IMG/VR virus record: IMGVR_UViG_3300046318_000520
Span: 1 to 64,000 of that record
Length of the DNA stretch: 64,000 nt
Source: a virus
Strand: one strand, 5' to 3'
Part shown: in pieces, positions 9,464 through 18,631 of the stretch
Layout of the letters: each line of letters opens with the position of its first letter
Position numbering within the stretch: the stretch's first letter is position 1
Notes under the pieces: generated by a model
The model's database searches: none
What the model was told of the DNA's origin: nothing
The model's input: only the letters and a program-made list of their open reading frames with translations
Translations under genes and position numbers: made by a program

Positions 9464-11698
9464 ATGGCAGAATACATTAATGGTACTACAGATATTTTAG
9501 GGGGCTCCGTAATAAGACATACGTTAAACACTACTACCCCCAACCAGGCTGTGATCAGAAAGATCATAGCCGGGAACGGGATATCTATATCCTCAACTGG
9601 AGTAGATCCTGGTACAGGTGATGTTACTATAAGTATTGATACTTCAGGCACGGGTGGATCAACAAGTGGTGGATCAGGAGGTAGTGGTAATAGTGGTACC
9701 CCTACAGCTGTAGGAACAGTCACGGCTGTAAATATGACTGCACCAGAAGGTATGTTTGTTATTGGAGCTCCTATTACCACAGCCGGCACTATTTCACTAA
9801 GACTTTCTAGTGGATATGTTATACCATTATATGATGATGTACAACAAGGTAAGACTGCTTATAGTTGGGGTAATCATGCAAATTATGGTTATGTAACAGG
9901 TAATATTTATACAACAAATGGAACACTTACAAGTAGCAGAAGTATTTTAAGTGGTGGTTTTACATTGACTATTAATCCTATAACAACCTTTTCTGGTTCT
10001 GTTACAGCATCAGCTAGTTTAGGGATTGGTCATAAATTTACTCCTACTATATCGGCTTCAGCAAATAATGATATATTAGTAGGTTTAGATATTTTACCAA
10101 CATTCACAGCAAATGGTTTTACACCTATTTATACTTATGGCACAAGAACTAAAAGTCTTTGGATAAATCATACTAGTTGGAATAGTGCTAATACAACTCC
10201 TGCTTTACATATAGGAGATACAGCCTCTACAATTTTTCAAATTCAACCTGGTGCAAGTAACTCTACTACATTATTTTTAAGAGGTAACAATCCTTTATTA
10301 TTTAATTGGTATTTACAAATTATAGCAGATTATAATGCAACAATTCAAACAGGTCCCTATGTAGAAAACATGTATTTTAAAATGGGTAGCACTACAGCTA
10401 TGACCATTAAAAGTTCGGGTAATGTTATTATAGGTACTGGCGTTACAGATACAACTTACAAAGTAGATGTTCAAGGTAATATTTCAGCAAAGATGCCATC
10501 ATACGCTTCAACTGGATTTAGATTATTAAATTCTGACTTAACCGTAGACTGGCAATTTACTAGCAATGGTAACAATAGCACAAATGGTAGACCATTTTTA
10601 CTTGTACCAAGATGGGGAGCTGGGACTCCAATACAAATAGGAAATATTGAACAGCTTGGGAATAATGCAAACTACGCAATAATGATTGGTGGTGGTATTT
10701 CAAATGGTTCATATTTAAGTAATAAGTCTATAAGGATTGGATATAATTCAAATGCAACAATAGGTGTAGGTTCTATAGTAATAGGAACTGGGAATGCACA
10801 AGGTAATTATAGTATTTCATTGTCAAGTGAACAGTATGGTGTACCTAGAGGTAATGTACCAAATAACAATTCATTTGTTATAGGTTCTACACATGAATCA
10901 ACAACTACAAATAATAATCAAGGGATATTAAATGCAACAGAAGTTTATATAGGTAGACCTGCAAGAAGCTTATCGTTTACTGGTGATACGTATCAAGGAA
11001 CTGCTACATCAATTAATGGTAATGGAGGATATGGATTTACAGATGCAACAGGTGGTGACTTGAGAATAAATGGCGGTATAGGTCTTGGTTCTGGTACTCC
11101 GGGAGATGTCATCATAGGTACTGCTACTCCAACTACTACAGGGACTACCCTACAAACATTAATAGATAGAGTCTGGATAAAGGGTGGAGGAACAAATGTA
11201 GGAATAGGAGCATCTCCTAATGTAATAAATTCATTAGAGATTAGTAAATCTAATCAATGGTCTGGAGCTTTTATAGGCAACATGGGAGGAGTAAGAATTC
11301 CGTCTGTTGCTTATGGTATTCATCTTGGATGGAACTATGCTACATCTGGTGATGCTAACATATTATGGGGCACAGGAGAAGGACTTTATCCATACCTGAC
11401 ATTTAGTTCTTGGGATGGAACAAATAAGGTAGATAGGATGGTGCTGTCTGATAGCGGTAAACTAACACTAAAACAATACTTAACTACTGCATCATTTACT
11501 GGTACTCCTGTTGGATATATTGCTTTTGATAGTACTGGCGGACTAATAACAGTACCAGTACCTTCTAATGTTGTATCTAGTATGAGATTTACCCCTACAA
11601 CTACACCGGTTTCTCCGTCAGCTGGTGATGTATATTATGATAGCAGTACAAACAAATTGAGATGTTATAATGGTACTACATGGAATGATCTATTCTAA
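9464..11698 (+). CDS. Tail fibre protein
   Basis: 744 aa with TAYSWGNHA, GNVIIGTG and NVGIG fibre motifs, and a C-terminal PSAGDVYYDSSTNKLRCYNGTTW module. Confidence 0.8.
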   Translation: MAEYINGTTDILGGSVIRHTLNTTTPNQAVIRKIIAGNGISISSTGVDPGTGDVTISIDTSGTGGSTSGGSGGSGNSGTPTAVGTVTAVNMTAPEGMFVIGAPITTAGTISLRLSSGYVIPLYDDVQQGKTAYSWGNHANYGYVTGNIYTTNGTLTSSRSILSGGFTLTINPITTFSGSVTASASLGIGHKFTPTISASANNDILVGLDILPTFTANGFTPIYTYGTRTKSLWINHTSWNSANTTPALHIGDTASTIFQIQPGASNSTTLFLRGNNPLLFNWYLQIIADYNATIQTGPYVENMYFKMGSTTAMTIKSSGNVIIGTGVTDTTYKVDVQGNISAKMPSYASTGFRLLNSDLTVDWQFTSNGNNSTNGRPFLLVPRWGAGTPIQIGNIEQLGNNANYAIMIGGGISNGSYLSNKSIRIGYNSNATIGVGSIVIGTGNAQGNYSISLSSEQYGVPRGNVPNNNSFVIGSTHESTTTNNNQGILNATEVYIGRPARSLSFTGDTYQGTATSINGNGGYGFTDATGGDLRINGGIGLGSGTPGDVIIGTATPTTTGTTLQTLIDRVWIKGGGTNVGIGASPNVINSLEISKSNQWSGAFIGNMGGVRIPSVAYGIHLGWNYATSGDANILWGTGEGLYPYLTFSSWDGTNKVDRMVLSDSGKLTLKQYLTTASFTGTPVGYIAFDSTGGLITVPVPSNVVSSMRFTPTTTPVSPSAGDVYYDSSTNKLRCYNGTTWNDLF

Positions 11699-11755
11699 GC
11701 ATAGTTAATGTTAATAAAAGGTGGATATGCTCTACATTTATTTTCTACAATATGT

Positions 11756-11763
11756 TATCTTTG
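11756..11763 (+). promoter_or_regulatory. Bacteroidota-type -7 promoter element
   Basis: TATCTTTG matches TAnnTTTG, 24 nt upstream of the ATG at 11788. It lies inside a TTCTACAA...TTGTAGAA inverted repeat. Confidence 0.6.
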
Positions 11764-11787
11764 TAGAAGTTTAAACTAACCTCACGT

Positions 11788-12282
11788 ATGAATAAAACAA
11801 CACTAACCCTGGGTGAAATTTATGCCCTTGAATCAGAAGTGTCTGGTTCTGTAAATCAGCAGACTGGTGAAAAAACTTTAAAAGGACTTCTTTCTCAGCA
11901 GATTTCCTTACTACAAAAATATTGGCTTACGGATCTAGCTGAAGACTTGGCTAAGCACAAAAAAAATGTTGATAATCTGCGTAATGAGCTGATTCAAAAA
12001 CACGGAGAGCCTGTACAAGATGGTGGCATATCTATTTTGGTATCTATTGATAAGCTGGATGAAGAAGGTACGCCGGTGTTAAATGAAGAAGGCAAGCCTG
12101 TAAAGGTGCTTAATCCTAAGTTCCAAGAGTTCAACAATGAGATGGAAAAACTCTTTGCTGAAACCAATGAAATAGAACATTATCCTTTTAAAATAGAAGA
12201 CTTTGATTTTAAAACAGATGAGTCATACTCAGTGTTTTTTAAACTTATGAAACCTAAGAAAGAAGCTGAGCAATCTAAATAA
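11788..12282 (+). CDS. Hypothetical acidic helical protein (possible tail-fibre assembly chaperone)
   Basis: 164 aa with its own promoter and terminator, placed directly after the fibre genes. The chaperone function is inferred from position only. Confidence 0.6.
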   Translation: MNKTTLTLGEIYALESEVSGSVNQQTGEKTLKGLLSQQISLLQKYWLTDLAEDLAKHKKNVDNLRNELIQKHGEPVQDGGISILVSIDKLDEEGTPVLNEEGKPVKVLNPKFQEFNNEMEKLFAETNEIEHYPFKIEDFDFKTDESYSVFFKLMKPKKEAEQSK

Positions 12283-12310
12283 TTGCTTTTTGCGAGTCAT
12301 ACAGTGTTTT

Positions 12311-12341
12311 CCCCCTGGGCTTTTGCTTGGGGGTTTTTTTT
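12311..12341 (+). terminator. Rho-independent terminator
   Basis: CCCCTGGGC-TTTT-GCTTGGGGG stem (with G:U pairs) followed by T8. Confidence 0.75.
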
Positions 12342-12361
12342 GGAAAAAAGTGTAGAATTTC

Positions 12362-12383
12362 TTATATTATATTGTAGACCTAT
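12362..12383 (+). promoter_or_regulatory. Putative phage late-promoter motif, copy 1
   Basis: TTATATTATATTGTAGACCTAT is 21/22 identical to 35846-35867. It sits just after a terminator at the head of an operon. Confidence 0.6.
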
Positions 12384-12420
12384 CTTTTAGGAATAACTCT
12401 CTACAAGTAATCCAAGCCCT

Positions 12421-13638
12421 ATGCTACCAATATCTTCCAATACTGCTGACCAGGGGTGTTCCCCAGTCTCTTCTAATTGTGTAATTTGGCAGGGTCCTAA
12501 CCTGTCCTGTATTAACCTTTGCAAGGGTGATACAGTATCTGACGTAGTTTATAAATTAGCTACGGAAGTATGCGCTCTTTCAGATAGCTTCGGGCTGACA
12601 GACTTGAATCTATCCCAGCTTGTGCAAGTCTGTACTACAACCGTAGAGCCAGCCAAAACCCTGGCAGCAGTATTGGATCTTTTGATTGACAAGGTGGTAT
12701 GCCTGGCTGATCTTGTAGATGCCATTGTACCAGGTGGTGCTACTTACACAGAACCTACGCTTAACCTTCCGGCATGCCTTCAGTACACCAATGCCCAGGG
12801 ACAGACCGTCACCCAGCTTATACACAACCAGTATTCCTTAACACTAGCCACCAAGATCTGTGAACTTAAAACTACAGTAGATCTTCATACTTCACAAATT
12901 GCCGGAGTTAGTGCAAGGGTAAGTGTTTTAGAAGCAAAGACTAATACTACATTACCCACACTTGCTGTACAGTGTCTTAACGGCAGTGCTACGGCACTTG
13001 ACCTGGATGATGCACTGGATGTAGTGGCAGACGAACTGTGTGCCCTTAAAGGTGTACTTGGTACAAACACAGCCATAACAACAGCAGCTGCCAAGCAGTG
13101 TGCCAGTTTAAGCAGTCTTCCTGCACTTAGTTCTACTGGAACAATGAGCAGTATTGCAGGCTGGAAACCTACCGTGACAACACTCTCTGATTCTATCTTT
13201 AATCTGTGGCTTACTATATGTGATATGAGAGGAGCCATGGCCACCCTTAAAAACTGTTGTGGAACATTGGATTGCAGTTCTGTTATAATAGATTTTGCAG
13301 CTTCAGCAAACTCAAACAGGGATCAAATTACGTTGAACTTTGCCGGTCTTACTACTATTCCTGTTACCCTTAGTGAATGCAGCCAGCAAGGAAGTAAACT
13401 TACTATTACAGATGGTAATAACAAAGAGTATGTAACCTATATTCAGGTGGTATCAAATAAGAACGGAAGTGTTGCTGTATCACTTGCTGGATCAGGTCTT
13501 AACACAGCCCTTAACTATACTGTAAAACTTGAGCCTTGTGTTAAAAACACTGAAGGTAAAACATGTGAAAAGGTAATTAGTAAATCACTCTTTGCACCAT
13601 GTACCAATATTACAATAGGCAGCGCAACAATATCATAA
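12421..13638 (+). CDS. Cys-rich virion protein
   Basis: 405 aa with many Cys (CSPVSSNCVIWQGPNLSCINLCKG...), a coiled-coil middle and an Ig/FN3-like C-terminus. Confidence 0.7.
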   Translation: MLPISSNTADQGCSPVSSNCVIWQGPNLSCINLCKGDTVSDVVYKLATEVCALSDSFGLTDLNLSQLVQVCTTTVEPAKTLAAVLDLLIDKVVCLADLVDAIVPGGATYTEPTLNLPACLQYTNAQGQTVTQLIHNQYSLTLATKICELKTTVDLHTSQIAGVSARVSVLEAKTNTTLPTLAVQCLNGSATALDLDDALDVVADELCALKGVLGTNTAITTAAAKQCASLSSLPALSSTGTMSSIAGWKPTVTTLSDSIFNLWLTICDMRGAMATLKNCCGTLDCSSVIIDFAASANSNRDQITLNFAGLTTIPVTLSECSQQGSKLTITDGNNKEYVTYIQVVSNKNGSVAVSLAGSGLNTALNYTVKLEPCVKNTEGKTCEKVISKSLFAPCTNITIGSATIS

Positions 13639-13646
13639 AATAAACT

Positions 13647-14201
13647 ATGGCATCAGCAACTATAAACTGGACCCCTGGCGGTGGCGGTAACGTAACTACC
13701 CAGGAAGTACAGTACAGAATACAGGGAGCCAGTAACTGGACATCAGCTGTGACCGGGTTATCACCCAGCACAGCTACATATGTAGTTACCGGGCTTGCTG
13801 TAAATACCATTTATGAGTTTAAAGTGGTCAGCAACTGTTCCATAGGTGGCCCTATATCAAGTGGGACACTGACAGACATTGAATGGTTCTGTCCTACAAT
13901 CACGGTTACTCCTACACATAATACAATCACCTATAGTTTTTCTGCCTTAGGTGGATCTATAAGTGCATATTCTGTACAGTTGCTTAGCAATGATCTGAGT
14001 ACTGTAATTCAAACTCTGACTACAGTCAGTGGTGTTTTTAACAGTGTATCTATTGCACCAAGTACCTCTTACAAAGTCAGACTTACACTCACGGCAGGTA
14101 TATTTACAAATGTTTGTACTCCTGTTAGTACAGCAACCACAGCTGCTCCTACTTGTCCTATACCAACGCTTCTTGTAGCAAATCTTGGTCCCGATACTTA
14201 A
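13647..14201 (+). CDS. Fibronectin type III domain protein
   Basis: ATINWTP...VQYRIQGASNW...VVTGLAVNTIYEFKVVSNC is an FN3 signature. A second FN3-like unit follows (APSTSYKVRL). Confidence 0.8.
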   Translation: MASATINWTPGGGGNVTTQEVQYRIQGASNWTSAVTGLSPSTATYVVTGLAVNTIYEFKVVSNCSIGGPISSGTLTDIEWFCPTITVTPTHNTITYSFSALGGSISAYSVQLLSNDLSTVIQTLTTVSGVFNSVSIAPSTSYKVRLTLTAGIFTNVCTPVSTATTAAPTCPIPTLLVANLGPDT

Positions 14202-14220
14202 TCTAATAAATTCTTAAAAC

Positions 14221-14853
14221 ATGGCCTGTAATCCTTGTAATGATTGTCCTCCGGATGTTTCATATACATATCCTGACTGTCCTGCCGGTGAAAGCTGTGA
14301 GGAAATACTGAACGGAAACTGTGTAAAATACACAGGACCCAATCTTCCGTCTTTAGGTGTAATCAGTGGTGAACGTTTAAAAGATGTATTGATTAAACTC
14401 TATAAGGCAATCAATACCACAGTGGCCACTAAGACCTATACCATTATAGTCAGCAGTGCACAGACAAAAACAACTGTAGAATACCTGGATGCTAACGAGG
14501 TGATTGCCTCAGTGAGTGTGAATGCTGATGACTCTACAACAATTTGTGCAATAGAAAATACACCGGTGGTTATGTCTGGTTCTGGGTTCCTTTTAAAAGG
14601 GCCTATTGTATATACCTCTTCTGCAGGTGCCACTTCTGTTGGAACTACTATAACCACAGCTTCTACTACAGGGCTGGTTGTCGGTCAGACAGTGATTGTA
14701 TTTTCAGGAACAGGTGCTTTTGCAGCCAATACCCTGGTAAGCTCTATTACCAATGCTACCACATTTGTGGTATCTGCAACACCAACGACAGCTCTCAGCG
14801 GTACAGCTGCTATTATCAAAGCTTACACTACAGGTTCCGTAACCTGCCCATAA
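14221..14853 (+). CDS. Cys-rich virion protein
   Basis: N-terminal CNPCNDC...NCVKYTGPNL is paralogous to 12421..13638. The C-terminus is a 'TTGLVVGQTV...ANTLVSSI' beta-barrel module. Confidence 0.65.
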   Translation: MACNPCNDCPPDVSYTYPDCPAGESCEEILNGNCVKYTGPNLPSLGVISGERLKDVLIKLYKAINTTVATKTYTIIVSSAQTKTTVEYLDANEVIASVSVNADDSTTICAIENTPVVMSGSGFLLKGPIVYTSSAGATSVGTTITTASTTGLVVGQTVIVFSGTGAFAANTLVSSITNATTFVVSATPTTALSGTAAIIKAYTTGSVTCP

Positions 14854-14866
14854 AACCAAATAATCA

Positions 14867-15337
14867 ATGGCTACTTTAACTATTACTTTTTCGTCAGACA
14901 ATAATCCTACCAATGGATATATTGTCAAGTACCGTCAGGTAGGAACTACCCAGTACACAAAGATTGAACAGAATCCTACACGTTCTCCTATTATAATTTC
15001 AGGGCTTGGTTCCGGAGTAACTTATGAAGGAACTATTCAGGGAGATTGTGGTAACGGGCAGTATGGTGCAACCAGTACATTTACTGCAACGGTGGCAGCC
15101 AAGTTTGATATGTCCAGGGATCCTTCCAGTGCAGCCAACGCATGTGGCCTCACTAACTATAACTATACGTTCTATGCTGCTGTTCCTGTACTTATAGTAG
15201 GTTCACAGCTTTACGCAAATGCCGATCTGTCAACAGCTTATACTACAGGCGGATATTTTTCTAACGGCACTAATGTATACCAGGTTAGTTCACTGGGTAC
15301 CGTGCTTTCTGTTGCCACCTGTACTATTATTCCTTAA
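14867..15337 (+). CDS. FN3-domain virion protein
   Basis: GYIVKYRQVG...ISGLGSGVTYEGTIQGDC is an FN3 signature. Confidence 0.75.
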   Translation: MATLTITFSSDNNPTNGYIVKYRQVGTTQYTKIEQNPTRSPIIISGLGSGVTYEGTIQGDCGNGQYGATSTFTATVAAKFDMSRDPSSAANACGLTNYNYTFYAAVPVLIVGSQLYANADLSTAYTTGGYFSNGTNVYQVSSLGTVLSVATCTIIP

Positions 15338-15350
15338 AATATTATAAACT

Positions 15351-16643
15351 ATGTCTGGTATAATTACTTGTGGTTGTCCTGTTACTAAAACATTGACGGT
15401 TGCCTTTACAGGTAGCACGCCTGCACCGGCCAGTGGGTACATTGTAAAATGGGCTATTCCTAACGGTGCCTGGAACTATGTTACGCCTAATCCTACCAGC
15501 TCACCCGTAACTATTAACAATGTACCGGCTTGTGAAAACATTAGTGTTGTGGTACAAAGTCAGTGTGATAATTCCCAGGTAAGTTCTGAAGTAACAGCTA
15601 CAGCTACAGGAAATACATTGTATGATTGCGGAGATACTATTACAGGATCTAACACACATAATGGATTATATACCTATACTCCATACATACTGGATGTACG
15701 GGCAGCTACTTCAGAAATTAATTTATCCTATGATGTTATAGATAGACCTAATAGAATAAGGGTTTTTGATGATAATAATAATGAAGTAGCCAATAGTGAT
15801 TGGAGGGGAGTAGCTGCTTATCCTTATACGTGGGGAGCCACTTTGAATACACCCACTACAGGAATAGTTAATTTTACTAAGACAGCTGGTAAATGTTTTT
15901 ACAAGATGGTTGTAGAATCATATACAAACATAAGTACTCAGGACAGCTGGACTGTAAATATTTCTTGTCCTACAACTGTAACACCTGTTACACCTACTAT
16001 TACTTATGAAAGTTGTTCAAACGGATACGGACAATATCGTATTGATGCTCCTGCAGGTACAGTACTAAAGCTATCTCTTTCTGCTACTGATAGTTTAATT
16101 AATAATTCTACTACTGGATCATGTGCCCGTATAGATGGAAATATTACTTCCAGTACAGGACCAACCGCATCTGCTGTTTCTGGTGTTATTGTCTCAAGCG
16201 GTACAGCCACACTTGGTGCAGCCAATGCTCTATTTGTAAGTGTTACAGTTCCTGGTACAGGGTATCTTGTAGTAAATACTACAGTGGATATTAAAAATTC
16301 ACCCATTTCTGAATCTGTATCAGCACTGTTAAAAATATTTGAGGTCAATGGCTCAACAGTTAATATTATGCAAAGTGTTTGTGTTACCTCATCTTCTGCT
16401 ACAGTAAGCTGCGGTGTAAGTACAAACTACCAGTATTCTGCAGTTCAATGTTCAAATGGTTTGACAGTAACAATAGTAACGTCATCTCTGAATACAATTA
16501 ACGCCACCTATAAAGGATCTAACAGTCCGATCAGTGAGTGTTACACTATCCTTACATACTTAGGCTTTACTAACCAAACACCTACACATACATTGTTCAG
16601 TACAGTGTCTGGTTGCGGATCATCACAATGTGTACAGCTTTAA
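15351..16643 (+). CDS. FN3/Ig-like Cys-containing virion protein
   Basis: The N-terminal FN3 (GYIVKW...PNPTSSPVTIN...VQSQC) is paralogous to 14867..15337. Further beta domains with paired Cys follow. Confidence 0.7.
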   Translation: MSGIITCGCPVTKTLTVAFTGSTPAPASGYIVKWAIPNGAWNYVTPNPTSSPVTINNVPACENISVVVQSQCDNSQVSSEVTATATGNTLYDCGDTITGSNTHNGLYTYTPYILDVRAATSEINLSYDVIDRPNRIRVFDDNNNEVANSDWRGVAAYPYTWGATLNTPTTGIVNFTKTAGKCFYKMVVESYTNISTQDSWTVNISCPTTVTPVTPTITYESCSNGYGQYRIDAPAGTVLKLSLSATDSLINNSTTGSCARIDGNITSSTGPTASAVSGVIVSSGTATLGAANALFVSVTVPGTGYLVVNTTVDIKNSPISESVSALLKIFEVNGSTVNIMQSVCVTSSSATVSCGVSTNYQYSAVQCSNGLTVTIVTSSLNTINATYKGSNSPISECYTILTYLGFTNQTPTHTLFSTVSGCGSSQCVQL

Positions 16644-16650
16644 AATAAAA

Positions 16651-16688
16651 GTCAGTGGTTTTGTTGGTTTCCACAATGACAAACAAAA
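16651..16688 (+). ncRNA. Candidate structured RNA element (hairpin with possible pseudoknot)
   Basis: GTCAGTGG pairs with CCAC(AA)TGAC. The loop segment TTTTGTT is complementary to the AACAAAA that follows the stem. Confidence 0.35.
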
Positions 16689-16723
16689 GCCCCTTAGTTT
16701 CTACTCGGGGGCTATATTTTTTT
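16688..16723 (+). terminator. Rho-independent terminator
   Basis: AGCCCCTTAGT-TTCT-ACTCGGGGGCT stem followed by ATA and T7. Confidence 0.7.
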
Positions 16724-16739
16724 ACATAACATAATAACT

Positions 16740-17144
16740 ATGATTGAAAATTTATTTAACTACATCATTGACTCTAGTGGAGTGATTCAAAACAAAACTA
16801 CTGGCAAGATTCTTAAAGCTCACCTGTTAAAAGGTTATCCAACAATAAGTTTACGAGACCAAGAAGGAAAGAAAAAAAACTATCTAGTTCACAGACTTGT
16901 AGCAATGACCTACATACCTAATCCAGATAACAAACCTTTTGTGAACCACTTAGATGGAGATACTACAAACTTTAAAGTAGATAATCTTGAATGGTGCACG
17001 CAGAAAGAAAACATATATCATTCTAGAAATTTAACTGGAAACGGTTCAGTTATTTCAAAAAAGAAGTTACTGGAACTATACAGTGAAAATCCTGAACTGA
17101 CTCTTGAAGCTTTTATCAAAGTGGTTACAGAAAACTGCAACTAA
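16740..17144 (+). CDS. Free-standing HNH endonuclease (HNH_3/homing type)
   Basis: VHRLVAMTYIPNPDNKPFVNHLDGDTTNFKVDNLEWCTQKENIYH. Confidence 0.9.
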   Translation: MIENLFNYIIDSSGVIQNKTTGKILKAHLLKGYPTISLRDQEGKKKNYLVHRLVAMTYIPNPDNKPFVNHLDGDTTNFKVDNLEWCTQKENIYHSRNLTGNGSVISKKKLLELYSENPELTLEAFIKVVTENCN

Positions 17145-17153
17145 AAAATTCTA

Positions 17154-17161
17154 TATTTTTG
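17154..17161 (+). promoter_or_regulatory. Bacteroidota-type -7 element candidate
   Basis: TATTTTTG (TAnnTTTG) followed by TAGAA, as at 11756. It is upstream of 17259. Confidence 0.4.
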
Positions 17162-17258
17162 TAGAACTGTTAATAGAATGTGTACAAATGTAGAACTACA
17201 TCTACAATATAAACTAACTTCACCCTCCATATACTCTTCTGTACCAAATAAATAACCT

Positions 17259-18572
17259 ATGAATTTAATCAACGATGTATATGGCTCTTTGAGATGGAAA
17301 AAGTCTGACGATTACTGTGCTGCTAAGATAGGAATTTCTATTGGCAAATACCAGGATCTGAAAAAACAAGTCCTGGAAATTAAGAACCATTTGCACGATG
17401 AGCTAGAAGGCTCCATGATGGAGCTGGTCAATAAAAGAATGCTTGACCTGATTGATGACAACACCATTAAGTCTCAGTACATAGGTGACTTAGAAGATCA
17501 ATTAGTAGATGCTATTAACCAGCAGCGGGAAAAAGTGGTGGAGTTTAAAGAGAACCTGGAAGAAGGCACCGCTGAAATCAAAGGCATAGCCTTTGCAGAA
17601 CCCAAGAGCCCGGAGGAGATTATTCGTATTCTAAAGATAGACACCGAAAAATGGAAGCTCAGTTCATATTGGAACAAACAACATAAAGATTACTGGCTCA
17701 TATCAGCCATGATCACTCAGAACAAACTTGAAGCAAAGGACATGCTGGAAGAGACCCTTAAATCTTTCAAGCCTTTGTACGTTCCCGTAAAAGATAAGTA
17801 TATTAATGAAAAGTTTCAGTCTGCCACAGTAGGGGTGCTTAGTATACAGGACCTGCACTTTGGCAAGGAAGGAAACTTTTCTGTTATAGAAGATTTTAAA
17901 AATGCCGTTGTTAACCTAACCCTTAGAGCTTACCACTCACACCGGATGAGTAAAATCATCTACGTCTTTGGTGGGGATCTGCTAAACATGGATACATTCA
18001 TGGGGCAGACCACCAAAGGCACTCCGGTGGATAATGACCAGCGGGCACAGGACGCGTACAATGACGCCTTTGATGCCCTCTACTGGAGTGTCAATCACAT
18101 CTCACAGTTCTGTGATGAACTAGACGTGGTATACCTGCCGGGTAACCATGACCGCTTGAGTTCCTATCATCTTGCCCACGGACTCAGTAAATGTTTTAAG
18201 AGTCCCAGTATAACCTTTCATGTTGAGTATGCAGAGCGTAAGGTGCTCACATGGGGAGAGAACTTCTTTGCTTTTGAACACGGAGATGTAAGTAGTAAAA
18301 ACACTCCGCTGGTATACGCTACAGAATTTTCCACACAGTGGGGCCAGACAAAATACCGTACCTGTTACACTGGTCACTGGCACCGTAAGAAGACCATGGA
18401 ATATGTCACCGAAGACGAGCAGCATGGTTTTGCTATCAAACAACTTCCCTCTCTTTCCCGCTCAGATTACTGGCACTATCACAACAAGTTTGTAGGAGCC
18501 AAAAGACAAGCCGTTATGGAACTGCATGACCTTACAAAAGGTAAGGTTTGTGAGCTGACTCATAATGTCTAA
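17259..18572 (+). CDS. Calcineurin-like metallophosphoesterase with N-terminal helical extension
   Basis: Motifs DLHFG, GGDLL, GNHD, FEHGD and GHWH occur in canonical order. Confidence 0.9.
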   Translation: MNLINDVYGSLRWKKSDDYCAAKIGISIGKYQDLKKQVLEIKNHLHDELEGSMMELVNKRMLDLIDDNTIKSQYIGDLEDQLVDAINQQREKVVEFKENLEEGTAEIKGIAFAEPKSPEEIIRILKIDTEKWKLSSYWNKQHKDYWLISAMITQNKLEAKDMLEETLKSFKPLYVPVKDKYINEKFQSATVGVLSIQDLHFGKEGNFSVIEDFKNAVVNLTLRAYHSHRMSKIIYVFGGDLLNMDTFMGQTTKGTPVDNDQRAQDAYNDAFDALYWSVNHISQFCDELDVVYLPGNHDRLSSYHLAHGLSKCFKSPSITFHVEYAERKVLTWGENFFAFEHGDVSSKNTPLVYATEFSTQWGQTKYRTCYTGHWHRKKTMEYVTEDEQHGFAIKQLPSLSRSDYWHYHNKFVGAKRQAVMELHDLTKGKVCELTHNV

Positions 18573-18628
18573 ACCCTGGAAGTTTACCTAGGAAACCTGC
18601 CAGATTTTTTGTATATTATTAATGTAGA
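18570..18628 (+). promoter_or_regulatory. Bipartite regulatory element: TAAAC-N7-GTTTA box plus TATATTAT..TGTAGA
   Basis: Same architecture and 42-nt spacing as 35805-35867. It lies immediately upstream of the tail block. Confidence 0.6.
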
Positions 18629-18631
18629 GAT

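Noticed and set aside
607-11698. Diversity-generating retroelement acting on tail fibres
   Set aside because: No reverse transcriptase is in the window. The 3461/4061 repeat differs at all base types, mostly synonymously, rather than being adenine-specific.
16740-17144. Group I intron or intein around the HNH gene
   Set aside because: The flanking genes are complete with their own starts and stops, and the gaps are too short for a ribozyme core. No intein C1...HN motifs were seen in the large ORFs.
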